DNA of 64,000 nt from assembly GCA_963792535.1 (NCBI GenBank), contig CAWBWQ010000001.1, positions 448,001-512,000 of the forward strand, written 5' to 3'. This DNA comes from an uncultured Phycisphaerales bacterium (lineage in GTDB: Bacteria > Planctomycetota > Phycisphaerae > Tepidisphaerales > Tepidisphaeraceae). Position 1 is the first letter of the stretch. Each line of letters opens with the position of its first letter. The position numbers were made by a program, and so were the translations under genes. The notes under the pieces were generated by a model. That model ran no database searches. It was not told the origin of the DNA and saw only the letters and a program-made list of their open reading frames with translations. Shown here in pieces: positions 1-9,872 of the stretch.

Positions 1-858
1 CGTATGACCTGTGACCAGCACGTTATTCACCTTCACGGTGGCTGATGGGTTATAGAAACCAAAGACCGTGTTACCCGGGTCAAAGCTGGTCAACCCCTGC
101 GGCTGGACATACACGCTCTGCGATTCAGACGCAGGGGTGTAGAACAACTGCTGCTGGCTGTTGAATGGATTGGATACGTTGTACCAGCCCAGTGTGTAAG
201 GCTTGGTGGAAGATGCGGTGAACGATGCCAGAACATTGATAGTGACCGGACCTGCGCCGGCCTTGACCAGTTCCTGCAGCGCAACTTCATCGCTGCCGGC
301 GGCGGGCGGTTCGGGGTAGTAAGCGCTGGCGGCATTTGACTCGCCGACATTTGCGTAATTGGGTTGATCGTAAGCCTGAAGGATTCGCTCGAGGGACGGT
401 TGATTGCCGCCGCCGGTTCCAGCGGTACCGATACCGTGCAGCTGCACCTGCGCCAGGGGGTTGTTTGGATCGCTCGTCGAGACATCCAGCAGCGCGTAAT
501 CCAGCCCGACGGCCGTGGCGGTGTAGTCCACCTGAAGGGCGAAAGATCCACCCGCCGCCAGCGTGGTCGGCGCGCTTCCGGTGTTCAATAAATAAAATCG
601 AGCTGCGCTTTGCGTGCTCTGGCTGGGGTCGTTTACCACGCTGAGACCGTTCAAAGATAAAGGCGCGTCGCCGGTATTGCTGATGGTGAGTGTTTCTACC
701 GGGCTGGCAACGTTGTTTTTGACGGCGTTGAACACCATCAATGACTGGCTCACGCTTAACGTTGCCGACATCAACCGACGATCTTCCATCCGCTCGACGG
801 CAAACGAGGTGGAGGTAAACTTCTGGGCAAGCTGCTTCTGATGATTCTTGTTTCGCAC
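1..858 (-). CDS. Secreted LEPRxLL-motif (planctomycete extracellular) protein with Ig-like/choice-of-anchor-D-type domain; partial, runs off window start
   Basis: Manual translation from GTG at 858 (GGAG upstream): MRNKNHQKQLAQKFTSTSFAVERMEDRRLMSATLSVSQSLMVFNAVKNNVASPVETLTISNTGDAPLSL..., open to position 1. ERMEDRRLMS matches the LE(P/D)RxLL/S motif and LTISNTGDAPL is typical of Ig-like domains. Missing from the ORF track because it has no stop in the window. Confidence 0.8.
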   Translation of the reverse strand, partial: MRNKNHQKQLAQKFTSTSFAVERMEDRRLMSATLSVSQSLMVFNAVKNNVASPVETLTISNTGDAPLSLNGLSVVNDPSQSTQSAARFYLLNTGSAPTTLAAGGSFALQVDYTATAVGLDYALLDVSTSDPNNPLAQVQLHGIGTAGTGGGNQPSLERILQAYDQPNYANVGESNAASAYYPEPPAAGSDEVALQELVKAGAGPVTINVLASFTASSTKPYTLGWYNVSNPFNSQQQLFYTPASESQSVYVQPQGLTSFDPGNTVFGFYNPSATVKVNNVLVTGHT

Positions 859-1091
859 GCCGATTGGTCTCCGGATAAAAAAACGCTACTCCGCGGCATC
901 GCGAAGGCTGGGAATTAACAAATCAAGGCCAGGCAATGTCGACTGAGCATTCACGCGATGGCGCAGGTCAACGTCTGAGTCTTATAAATCGGTAAGAGTG
1001 GGGGGGCGGCTGAAGTCGGCGCGGAACTATTTTGTGTGTCATTGCCGTCAGGGGATGTTTACCGCCGGTATCGGTCGGAAATGGGCATGGT

Positions 1092-1118
1092 TAACCGGGT
1101 GGGGCAGACAACCGATAG
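1092..1118 (+). promoter_or_regulatory. Putative sigma28 (FliA) promoter upstream of fliL
   Basis: TAAC-N15-ACCGATAG versus consensus TAAA-N15-GCCGATAA, about 65 nt before the fliL ATG. Confidence 0.5.
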
Positions 1119-1182
1119 CTTGAATGATGGGATTATCCGTTTGATCCCGTTATCGGACCCTTGCGCTTATCGTGGAGTTGCC

Positions 1183-1809
1183 ATGTCGGACAAAGCAGAT
1201 TCAAAGCCCTCGAAGGATGCCCCGGCGGCCGACAAAGGGCATGGCAAGGAAGATGCCGGCGCTAAACCAAAGGGCGCGGGGCTCATGGCTAAAACGCCGG
1301 TGCTTTTAGGCGCGGTAATGCTGATCGAGGCGGTTGTCCTCATCGGTGGAATCAAGTTCGTCGGCGGCGGTGCGAAGAAGGCTGAGGCCGTCGAACTTGT
1401 CGCTGATGGAGCAGGTGAGCATGGGGAAAAAGGGGAAAAGGGCGACGGCAAGACCACCGGAACGAGTGACAGCAAATCGGCGGTTGAATTGCAGCTGGTC
1501 GATTTTCGCGCACCTAACAAAGTCAGCGGGAAAACTTTCTTGTACGACGTGAACATCGTCGTGACCACCAAAATTCCAACCGGCGATAAGGTAAAAGATC
1601 TGATTTCCAATCACGACGCCTTGATAAAAGACCGCGTGCGGACCATTATAGCGGAGTTGGATCCTGAGAAACTGGGCGGTGGAAGCGAACCGGGCCTGGA
1701 AACGCTTCGCCGGCAGGTGAAATACCAGCTTGATCAGATTTTTGACGACTCGGGGCTTATTGACGACGTGCTGGTTCCACGGTGCATACCGTTCCGCACG
1801 GATTACTAA
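1183..1809 (+). CDS. fliL: Flagellar basal body-associated protein FliL
   Basis: N-terminal TM helix and C-terminal LIKDRVRTII...PGLETLRRQVK motif; GGAG RBS before ATG 1183; first gene of the fli cluster. Confidence 0.8.
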   Translation: MSDKADSKPSKDAPAADKGHGKEDAGAKPKGAGLMAKTPVLLGAVMLIEAVVLIGGIKFVGGGAKKAEAVELVADGAGEHGEKGEKGDGKTTGTSDSKSAVELQLVDFRAPNKVSGKTFLYDVNIVVTTKIPTGDKVKDLISNHDALIKDRVRTIIAELDPEKLGGGSEPGLETLRRQVKYQLDQIFDDSGLIDDVLVPRCIPFRTDY

Positions 1810-1908
1810 GCCCGCTGAAACGCAAAATCTGGTCGGGATCAACAGCGGTGAACAGGATGTTCCCGCGTGACCTGAAAAGTCGATGGCCGCTGCCAAGGAT
1901 GGTGCGAC

Positions 1909-2421
1909 ATGGCCGACGAATCCATTCCCGATTCTTCCCCAACCGATAACGAACACGCTTCGGATCCCATTGCCGATCTCGGCAACGCCAAGGCGTCGCT
2001 GGACAGCGTCGATGCCGATCTGGCCTCAGCGCAGGCGTCGATCGACGAGCTTCTGAAACAGGCGAATTTCGAAGATCCTTCAACTCTTTCTTCCATCGCC
2101 GAATCGTCAATCCCCACCCAGGCGTTTGATCTCCAGAATTTTGCCAGCCCCGTCGCGTCACATTCCGAAGCGAGCATCGAGTTACTGCGCGATGTGGACC
2201 TGAATGTGAAAATCGAACTCGGGCGCAGCCGCATGATGGTGGAGGATGTTCTCAAACTCGGTGAAGGCTCAGTGGTGGAACTCGATAAACTGGCCGGTGA
2301 CCCGGTGGATGTTTTTGTGAACGACCGACTGGTGGCACGCGGGGAAGTGCTGGTTTTGAACGACAATTTTTGCGTCCGAGTCAACGAGATCATGGCTGGT
2401 ATAAGAGAAGAGGGATTGTGA
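1909..2421 (+). CDS. fliN: Flagellar motor switch protein FliN
   Basis: SpoA domain [56 protein letters not shown]. Confidence 0.95.
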   Translation: MADESIPDSSPTDNEHASDPIADLGNAKASLDSVDADLASAQASIDELLKQANFEDPSTLSSIAESSIPTQAFDLQNFASPVASHSEASIELLRDVDLNVKIELGRSRMMVEDVLKLGEGSVVELDKLAGDPVDVFVNDRLVARGEVLVLNDNFCVRVNEIMAGIREEGL

Positions 2422-3113
2422 CCCTTCGGCGGTTTCATATCGCGATCTCAATTCTGCTGCTGGTGTCACCGGCGGCAAACGGGCAAAGCACCCGACCCGC
2501 CGGGGCGACGGATCAGGCATCGGAACAAACCTCGCTTCGAATCAGCGACAGCGATGCCAAGGCAGCAGCGGTTCGCTCATCAGCCAGTCCTGCGGCCTCT
2601 ACCGGCACCGGTGACCTGTCGCGCATCGCCATCGCGCTGGTCGCGGTCATCTGTCTCATTCTTCTGCTCAGGGGTGTATTTCGGAATATCACCATCGGGT
2701 CGGCAGGCGGCAAGGGATCCAGGCTGGTCACCGTTCTATCCCGTTCTCCAGTGTCCCCCAAACAGCAGGTGCTGGTGCTGCAGGTAGGCAGGCGCCTGCT
2801 GATCGTCAGTGACAGCGCGGGGCACATGTCCTGCCTCAGCGAAATCACCGATCCGGATGAAATCGCAGCGATGGTGGGGCAGACCCGGCACTCAACACCT
2901 TTATTGCGATCGGCGGGGAGCTTCGGAAATTTATTTCGCCGTGCGAACGAACCATTCGGGGAAACCGATGCATTGCAGATGCCGTCGGAGGAAGAAGCAT
3001 TTGCTCCGGCAAGTACGCAGGAAGGTGTCTCGGCCGAAGAGGTCGGCGGTTTACTCGACAAGGTGCGGATGCTGCAGCAGCAATTCAACGAACCGAAACA
3101 GACTTCATCTTAA
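2418..3113 (+). CDS. fliO: Flagellar biosynthesis protein FliO
   Basis: TM helix followed by [25 protein letters not shown]liO motif; lies between fliN and fliP; GTG start overlaps the fliN stop. Confidence 0.85.
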   Translation: MTLRRFHIAISILLLVSPAANGQSTRPAGATDQASEQTSLRISDSDAKAAAVRSSASPAASTGTGDLSRIAIALVAVICLILLLRGVFRNITIGSAGGKGSRLVTVLSRSPVSPKQQVLVLQVGRRLLIVSDSAGHMSCLSEITDPDEIAAMVGQTRHSTPLLRSAGSFGNLFRRANEPFGETDALQMPSEEEAFAPASTQEGVSAEEVGGLLDKVRMLQQQFNEPKQTSS

Positions 3114-3124
3114 GCGAGAGTGTC

Positions 3125-3965
3125 ATGCGATTTGGCGGGCTCGCAATTTCAGGGCGATGGTGGATGGCGGTCATCCCGTTGCTTGTGATGTCCGTCACCG
3201 TCTCCACTCGCGCAGGAAACCCCGCCCGAATCGCCACTGAGCGGACCTGTCGTGACTGCGCCGATCAGTCCACTGACAGCGCCGTTGAATCTGCCGGACT
3301 TCAGCAAAAAAGAGACTTTCTCATCGGCGATGCAGATCATCATTCTGCTGACCGTTCTGTCGCTGGCGCCGGCGATTTTGATCATGATGACCAGCTTCAC
3401 GCGGATCATCATCGTCTTGTCACTGCTGCGGCAGGCGCTGGGCACCGCCCAGTTACCGCCGAATCAAATTCTGATGGGGCTTGCCTTATTCATGACCTTC
3501 ATCGTCATGGGTCCGACATGGAACCGAATCAACAATGAAGCGATCGCACCTTATATGAATGGTGGTGAGCAGGGAATCGATCAGAAAGAAGCGCTCCGCC
3601 GCGCGGTCATACCGATGCGCGTGTTCATGGAAAACCAGATTCGACAGAGCAACAACGATGCGGATGTGCTGCTATTTTGCGAAGTGTCGCACGATCCGGC
3701 TCCTAAAAAATGGGAAGACGTCGGCACAATGACAATGATCCCCGCGTTTATGCTCAGCGAATTAAAGACGGCTTTTTACCTGGGGTTTAAAGTTTATTTA
3801 CCGTTCCTCATTATCGACATGGTGATCTCATCCGTGCTGATCAGCATGGGAATGATGATGTTGCCCCCGGCTCTAATTTCCTTACCGTTCAAACTTTTAT
3901 TGTTCGTTTTAGTCGACGGTTGGCACTTGATTACTGGCAGTCTCATGTTAAGTTTCGCAACATAG
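3125..3965 (+). CDS. fliP: Flagellar export protein FliP (frameshift near 3210, probably a sequencing indel)
   Basis: [25 protein letters not shown]...[12 protein letters not shown]...[14 protein letters not shown]; the signal peptide is in the 3125 frame and the body in the 3252 frame. Confidence 0.95.
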
Positions 3966-4109
3966 GCTGGCTTCGACATTTGATTCATGGAGGAATCACT
4001 GCGAGGCACGAAAGGCAGACTGCCTTTCGCGAAGAATTTGACCGCTGATCTGAGCGACCCGCCCTGTTCCGCTCAGTTGGTGGCCAACATCCATGGAAGG
4101 ATGTGACGC

Positions 4110-4373
4110 ATGAATCTCGACTCCGCAATGGACCTGGTCCGGTCCACTCTGATATTAGCCCTGGTTGTCTCCGCTCCGATGCTGATCATCGGGCTTCTTG
4201 TCGGTGTCATCGTATCCATGCTGCAGGCTGTTACGCAGATTCAGGAACAGACACTTTCTTTCATTCCAAAAATCGTTGCGATGGTCGGTTCTGCCATCGT
4301 GCTAATGCCGTGGATCAGTCATCGGTTGATTGAGTACTCACAGGCGATTTTTTCGAATAACCCGCTTCCGTGA
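4110..4373 (+). CDS. fliQ: Flagellar export protein FliQ
   Basis: LQAVTQIQEQTLSFIPK signature, 87 aa. Confidence 0.97.
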   Translation: MNLDSAMDLVRSTLILALVVSAPMLIIGLLVGVIVSMLQAVTQIQEQTLSFIPKIVAMVGSAIVLMPWISHRLIEYSQAIFSNNPLP

Positions 4374-4416
4374 TTTTGTTCTCCAAGGATTGACCGGGTG
4401 ACCGGTCAGGGTTTGT

Positions 4417-5202
4417 ATGCAACTCGGCGCCGCGCTCAGCTTCGTTCCGGTTTTTGTTCTCGTCGTGTTCCGCGTCGCGGGATTTATGCTGTTTGCGCCG
4501 TTGTTTGGTTCGGCTCGAATTCCCAAACGCGCCCGCACCCTGTTTGCAATTATTCTCGCGATGGGGATGGCTTCCAGCGTTAAGCAGCCTGCTGAGCTTC
4601 CTCCAACCTATGTCGCCTTGACCATGGTCATCGCCGGTGAGATGTGTTTCGGCCTGGCGATGGGCATGATTCTCAGCTTTGTTTTTATCGCCGCTCAATG
4701 GGCCGGTGAGATTATCGGTCAGCAGCTGGGTTTTAATATCGCTGAGACTTTCGATCCGCAGTTCGGGCAGAGCAGTTCGCTGATCGGTGACCTTTACTAC
4801 ATGTTGACGCTGGTTGTTTTTCTCGCCATCGGCGGGCACCGGCAGATGATTCGCGGCGTCCGCGACAGCTTCGATACGCTGCCGCTGATGTCTGTCGCAG
4901 TCAATCAGTCAGTCCTGGACCTGGTCATCCGCATGTTCGAAACCGCCACGATGCTCGCGCTTCGACTCGCTGCTCCAATCCTGGTGACCATGTTGATTGT
5001 TGATATGACGCTCGGATTTCTGGGCAAAACCATGCCGCAGATGAATGTGATGACCATGGGGTTGAGCATTAAAGCCATGGTGGGGATGGGCGTGCTGATT
5101 GTGGGACTGATGATGTACAGCACCCCCAACGTGTTGCAGGTCGCGATCGAAGAATCGATGACTACCGTTCGGCTTGTGTTGAGCCACGGGTTCGCCAGTT
5201 AA
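4417..5202 (+). CDS. fliR: Flagellar export protein FliR
   Basis: Polytopic membrane protein with R..GF..APLFG, AGEIIGQQLGF and GKTMPQMNV motifs. Confidence 0.95.
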   Translation: MQLGAALSFVPVFVLVVFRVAGFMLFAPLFGSARIPKRARTLFAIILAMGMASSVKQPAELPPTYVALTMVIAGEMCFGLAMGMILSFVFIAAQWAGEIIGQQLGFNIAETFDPQFGQSSSLIGDLYYMLTLVVFLAIGGHRQMIRGVRDSFDTLPLMSVAVNQSVLDLVIRMFETATMLALRLAAPILVTMLIVDMTLGFLGKTMPQMNVMTMGLSIKAMVGMGVLIVGLMMYSTPNVLQVAIEESMTTVRLVLSHGFAS

Positions 5203-5288
5203 GGATCGTCACGAAGCGCGATGGGGGCACTGGCCCTCACTGTTGATCGCAAGTGCGGTCAATGTTTCGGACATCACTCGAAAGCAAG

Positions 5289-6381
5289 ATGGCTGACGAT
5301 AGCGCCGGCGATAAAACAGAAGCACCAACGCCCAAGCGGCGGCAGGAAGCGCGCGACCACGGTCAGATCGCGCAGCCCCGACCTCACCGGCGCGGTACTG
5401 CTGATCGGTGGAATGATGATGCTCCGCTGGTACGGCGGAGGCATCGTTAAAGTGCTCAGCGTCATGGTCCGCGAAATGCTCAGTGAACGTTCGCTGTCGA
5501 GTCTCAATCCGAGCGCCATCGGGGCTCTATTCTCCAGTGCAATCTACAATATTGGGATCGCGATCATGCCGCTGTTGATCGGAATGATGATCATCGCGGT
5601 GGCCGTAAACGTTCTGCAAACCGGGCTGAATTTTAATTTCGAACGGCTCTCGCTGAACTTCGCGGCGTTGAGCCCAATCGGTGGCTTTTCCCGGCTTTTC
5701 AGCGGTGGACAGGGATTGGAAAAGCTCGGCATGAGCCTGCTTAAGCTGGGTCTTGTCGGTCTGATGGCCTACTCCGCCGTCCATGGCCGTATCGCCCAGA
5801 TCGTTCTGGCGCAGGAGATGGGGTTCGTCCAGATCTTCGGGCTTGCCGCCGACATATTGTTCAGCATCGCTATCCGCATCGGTGTCCTGCTGTTCATCCT
5901 GGCCCTCCTGGATTTTGCCTGGCAGCGCTACCACATCGAACAAGGCCTGAAGATGACCAAGGACGAGGTCAAGGACGAAATGAAGAGCATGGAAGGCGAT
6001 CCCCGCCTGAAAATGCGCCGCAGGCAGATCGCCATGCAGCGACTAAAAGAACAACTTAAAAGCGACGTGCCAAAAGCTGACGTGGTGGTGACGAATCCCA
6101 CTGAGTTCGCCGTCGCTCTGCGGTACGACCCTGACACCATGGCCGCCCCGAAGGTGATCGCAAAAGGTCAGGGATACATCGCGGCGAGAATCAGGGAAAT
6201 CGCGATCTCCAGCGGTATTCCGATCCTGGAAAGAAAGCCCCTGGCCCGCGCCCTTTACAAGCTTTGCAAGGTAGGCCAGGAAGTGCCCGAACAATATTTT
6301 TCCGCCATCGCGGAAATCCTGGCGTATGTGTACGAGCTAAACGGGAAGTTCAAGCAGAAACATTTTGCAAAGGCCGGATAA
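5289..6381 (+). CDS. flhB: Flagellar export switch protein FlhB (frameshift near 5370)
   Basis: N-terminus MADDSAGDKTEAPTPKRRQEAR in one frame; the rest, with MTKDEVKDEMKSMEGDP and the NPTE autocleavage-like site (canonical NPTH), is in the 5221 frame. Confidence 0.95.
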
Positions 6382-6426
6382 CTGTCCCTGGTTGAGAGAG
6401 CGCTCCGCACTGACAAACTGTTAAGC

Positions 6427-8511
6427 ATGTCCGCTATCGCATCCAATCCTCTCTTCGCCCGCATCCACGAACATCGTGGGATGGTGTTCCCCATCGCCTT
6501 TATCGCGCTGCTGAGCGTGATATTGATTCCACTGCCGACGCAGGTGCTGGATCTTCTTTTGATCTGCAATGTCAGTCTCAGCGTGCTGGTGCTGGTGACG
6601 ACGATGTACCTGAAAAGTCCACTGGAATTTTCAGTGTTTCCATCGTTGCTGCTGGCGGTCACGCTGTTCCGCCTGGTGCTGAACGTGGCCACCACCCGCT
6701 TGATTCTGACCGGAGCCGGAAGCACCGCCGCTGCTGGTGATGTTGTCGAGACATTCAGCCAGTTGGTCACCGGGAGTTCACTTGCGGTCGGTATCATTAT
6801 CTTCACCATCATCGTGGTGATTCAGTTTGTTGTGATCACCAAAGGTGCCACGCGTATTTCCGAAGTTGCAGCCCGGTTCACGTTGGACGGTATGCCTGGC
6901 AAGCAGATGGCGATCGACGCCGACCTAAACGCTGGCAATATCACCGAACCCCAGGCCCGCGCCCGCCGCGAAGCGATCAGTCACGAGGCGGATTTTTACG
7001 GGGCCATGGACGGTGCCAGCAAATTCGTTCGCGGTGACGCCATCGCCGGCATTGTCATCACGTTTGTGAATGTTCTCGGAGGTCTATACGTCGGTATGGC
7101 CGAAAAGAACATGGGCATCATGAACTGCCTGCAGGTTTACACCAAGCTGACGATTGGTGACGGGCTTGTCAGTCAGATCCCCGCGTTCATTATTTCGCTC
7201 GCCGCCGGCTTGATCGTCACGCGCAACAGCAGCAAAAACGACCTCGGAAACGAAATGATTGGGCAGTTGTTCGCCAAGCCCAAGGCACTGGTGATCGTAG
7301 CGGCATTCATGGCATTTTTAAGCGTGTCAGGCATGCCCAAGATGCCCGTTCTGGTATTAGGCGCTTGCAGCGGCGGTTTGGCATTGATTATCACGCGCAA
7401 CGACAAGCAGGCCATGAAAGTTGCCGCGCAGAAGAAAGTTGCCGAATCGACCAAGAAAGAACCCGAGAAGGTAGAAAAACTCCTCGACGTGGACACGATG
7501 GAACTGGAGGTCGGTTACGGCCTGGTGAAACTGGTGGACGCCACCAAGGGTGGAGATCTGCTGGATCGAATCAGCATGATCCGCCGGCAGATTGCCATCG
7601 ACCTTGGCATCATCGTTCCGCCGGTGCGCATTCGCGACAACATGCAGCTTGGGGCAAACGATTACATTGTGAAAATTCGCGGTCAGTCGATTGGCAAAGG
7701 CGTTACATATCCCGAGCAATTCATGGCAATGGATAACGGCGCGACGACCGGACCCATTCCACACGCCGAGGCAACGATTGAGCCGGCCTTTGGTCTTCCG
7801 GCGTTCTGGATCAGCGAAAGTCAGCGTTCCGATGCCGAGCTTCGCAACTACACGGTTGTGGAAGCAACGGCCGTGCTGGCCACACACCTTACGGAATTGA
7901 TCAAAGGGCATGCTTACGAATTACTGACGCGCCAGGAAACCAAGAATCTGATCGACAACCTCAAGGCGCGTGTTCCCGCCCTGGTGGAAGAAGTGATTCC
8001 CACGCAGGTCAAGCCGGGCGAACTCCAGCGGGTCATGCAGAATCTGCTGCGCGAGCGCGTTCCTGTTCGCGATCTGGAGACAATTGTGGAAACGCTCGGC
8101 GATTATTCCGCGCGAACCAAGGATCTGGATGTGTTGACGGAATACGTTCGCCATGCCCTGGCCCGCACGATTTGCAAGCAGTACGTCGATGAGTCCGACA
8201 AGCTTTATTGCCTCACGCTCGATCCCGCGCTGGAAGAACTGGTGAACGGTCACCTCGAACGCGGCGAGCGCGGTACGACCAACACCATGCCGCCCGCGAC
8301 CGCGCAGAGTATTGTTCAGCAGATTTCAAATAAGGTGTTGGAACTGACCCAGGCAGGTCGCTCGGCTGTGATCGTGTGCGGGCCGCAGGTACGGGCGGCG
8401 ATAAGAAAGATGATCGAAGTCACAGTGCCGCACGCGGCGGTGCTTTCATATAACGAAATTGTTTCCGAAGTTTCCGTCGAGGCTGTCGCGTTGGTCGGGA
8501 TGAATGGTTGA
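6427..8511 (+). CDS. flhA: Flagellar biosynthesis protein FlhA
   Basis: FHIPEP motifs RISEVAARFTLDGMPGKQMAIDADL and FYGAMDGASKFVRGDAIAG. Confidence 0.98.
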   Translation: MSAIASNPLFARIHEHRGMVFPIAFIALLSVILIPLPTQVLDLLLICNVSLSVLVLVTTMYLKSPLEFSVFPSLLLAVTLFRLVLNVATTRLILTGAGSTAAAGDVVETFSQLVTGSSLAVGIIIFTIIVVIQFVVITKGATRISEVAARFTLDGMPGKQMAIDADLNAGNITEPQARARREAISHEADFYGAMDGASKFVRGDAIAGIVITFVNVLGGLYVGMAEKNMGIMNCLQVYTKLTIGDGLVSQIPAFIISLAAGLIVTRNSSKNDLGNEMIGQLFAKPKALVIVAAFMAFLSVSGMPKMPVLVLGACSGGLALIITRNDKQAMKVAAQKKVAESTKKEPEKVEKLLDVDTMELEVGYGLVKLVDATKGGDLLDRISMIRRQIAIDLGIIVPPVRIRDNMQLGANDYIVKIRGQSIGKGVTYPEQFMAMDNGATTGPIPHAEATIEPAFGLPAFWISESQRSDAELRNYTVVEATAVLATHLTELIKGHAYELLTRQETKNLIDNLKARVPALVEEVIPTQVKPGELQRVMQNLLRERVPVRDLETIVETLGDYSARTKDLDVLTEYVRHALARTICKQYVDESDKLYCLTLDPALEELVNGHLERGERGTTNTMPPATAQSIVQQISNKVLELTQAGRSAVIVCGPQVRAAIRKMIEVTVPHAAVLSYNEIVSEVSVEAVALVGMNG

Positions 8512-8533
8512 ACGCAGGGAACCAGAGACTGGG

Positions 8534-9787
8534 ATGAATCTTCAGACATTCAAAGCATTCACAATGGCAGAGGCGCTTCAGCAGGTGAAGACCGCCATGG
8601 GCCACGATGCCGTCATCCTTCACACGCGCACGTATCAGTTGCGGCAATGGCTCGGTCTGCGCCGTCGCGAGATGGTTGAAATCACCGCCGGCCGCGGAAT
8701 CAACTTCACCCGCCGACCCCGGCAGGCGGCGCAAGCGCCGGCCGCTATTCCGGTGGCGCGGAAACCCATCGGCGCGAATCAGTCCGGGCTCATCTACGGC
8801 CCGGGGGCTGGTCGCAACGTCCTGGCGGCGCTACCGGGCGATCGAAGCAATCCGATTGAGAACGCAAAACAGTTCTTAGAAACCCCCGCGGCGGGCAATG
8901 CCGCCATCCTGAGCGTCGGGCAGGACATGGCCCAGCTCAAAAAGATGGTCGAGAAACTCGTCGTCGACAATCGCAAGATCCACTCTCCCAAGGTGCCCGA
9001 TGAATTGTTCGAGCATTACACGCAGTTGATCACCAACGAAGTCGCTGAGGAACTGGCCCAGGAAATTATCCGCACACTGCAACGCGAACTGCGACCGGAA
9101 TATCTCACGCAGGAAAAATATGTTCGTGAAAAACTTGCCGACCATATCGAACGATTGATTCCTTCCTCCGGTCCGATTGTTCGCAAGCTCACGCCCGGTC
9201 CGCACGTGTTGGTGCTCATCGGACCAACGGGTGTCGGAAAAACAACCACGCTTGCGAAACTGGCGGCGAACTTAAAGCTGAAAGAGCGCCATCGCGTCGG
9301 GCTGATCACGCTGGATACGTATCGAATTGCCGCCGTCGACCAGTTAAAGCGGTATGCCGATATCATCGGATCCCCGCTGCGCGTGGTCGGCAATCCAGAG
9401 GAACTCCGCGAAGCAATGGCTTCAATGTCGAACATGGATTTTGTGCTGATCGACACCGCCGGTCGCAGCCCCAACGATGTAATGAAGCTCGGTGAATTGA
9501 AGGAATTACTGGGAACCATCGAACCGGATGAAGTGCATCTGGTTCTCTCCAGCACATCGTCGCCGGGTTGCATTGATCTGGCCATCCAGCGGTTCAGCGA
9601 TGTGCGGGTGGACAAGATCATTTTCACCAAGCTCGATGAGGCGGCTCATGTCGGCGTCGTGCTGAACGTAATCCGCAAAGTGAATAAGAGCCTGTCATAT
9701 GTGACAACGGGACAGCAGGTTCCCATGGATATCGAGGTAGGACACGGGCGAATGCTGGCGAGGATGATACTTGGAGAAAACTCTTGA
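8534..9787 (+). CDS. flhF: SRP-type GTPase FlhF
   Basis: GPTGVGKTTTLAKLA, DTYRIAA, DTAGRS, TKLDE and GQQVP motifs; N-terminus FKAFTMAEALQQVKTAMG. Confidence 0.95.
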   Translation: MNLQTFKAFTMAEALQQVKTAMGHDAVILHTRTYQLRQWLGLRRREMVEITAGRGINFTRRPRQAAQAPAAIPVARKPIGANQSGLIYGPGAGRNVLAALPGDRSNPIENAKQFLETPAAGNAAILSVGQDMAQLKKMVEKLVVDNRKIHSPKVPDELFEHYTQLITNEVAEELAQEIIRTLQRELRPEYLTQEKYVREKLADHIERLIPSSGPIVRKLTPGPHVLVLIGPTGVGKTTTLAKLAANLKLKERHRVGLITLDTYRIAAVDQLKRYADIIGSPLRVVGNPEELREAMASMSNMDFVLIDTAGRSPNDVMKLGELKELLGTIEPDEVHLVLSSTSSPGCIDLAIQRFSDVRVDKIIFTKLDEAAHVGVVLNVIRKVNKSLSYVTTGQQVPMDIEVGHGRMLARMILGENS

Positions 9788-9790
9788 TGG

Positions 9791-9872
9791 GTCGGTTTTT
9801 AGTCGTCGGTCGGAAGTCCTTAAGACGGGCAAGCCGACGACTGATATTCGACAGCTGACAACGGACAAACAG
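9791..9872. repeat. Degenerate inverted heptamer-repeat element (GTC.../...GAC family) between flhF and flhG
   Basis: Left arm GTCGGTT TTTAGTC GTCGGTC GGAAGTC; right arm CCGACGA CTGATAT TCGACAG CTGACAA CGGACAA. Confidence 0.45.

Noticed and set aside
1810..1908. Possible c-di-GMP-I riboswitch (ACGCAAA ... GATGGCCGCTGCC) before fliN
   Set aside because: Lacks the GGCAAAC..GNRA P2 arm and the spacing is wrong; an Infernal search would be needed to revive it.
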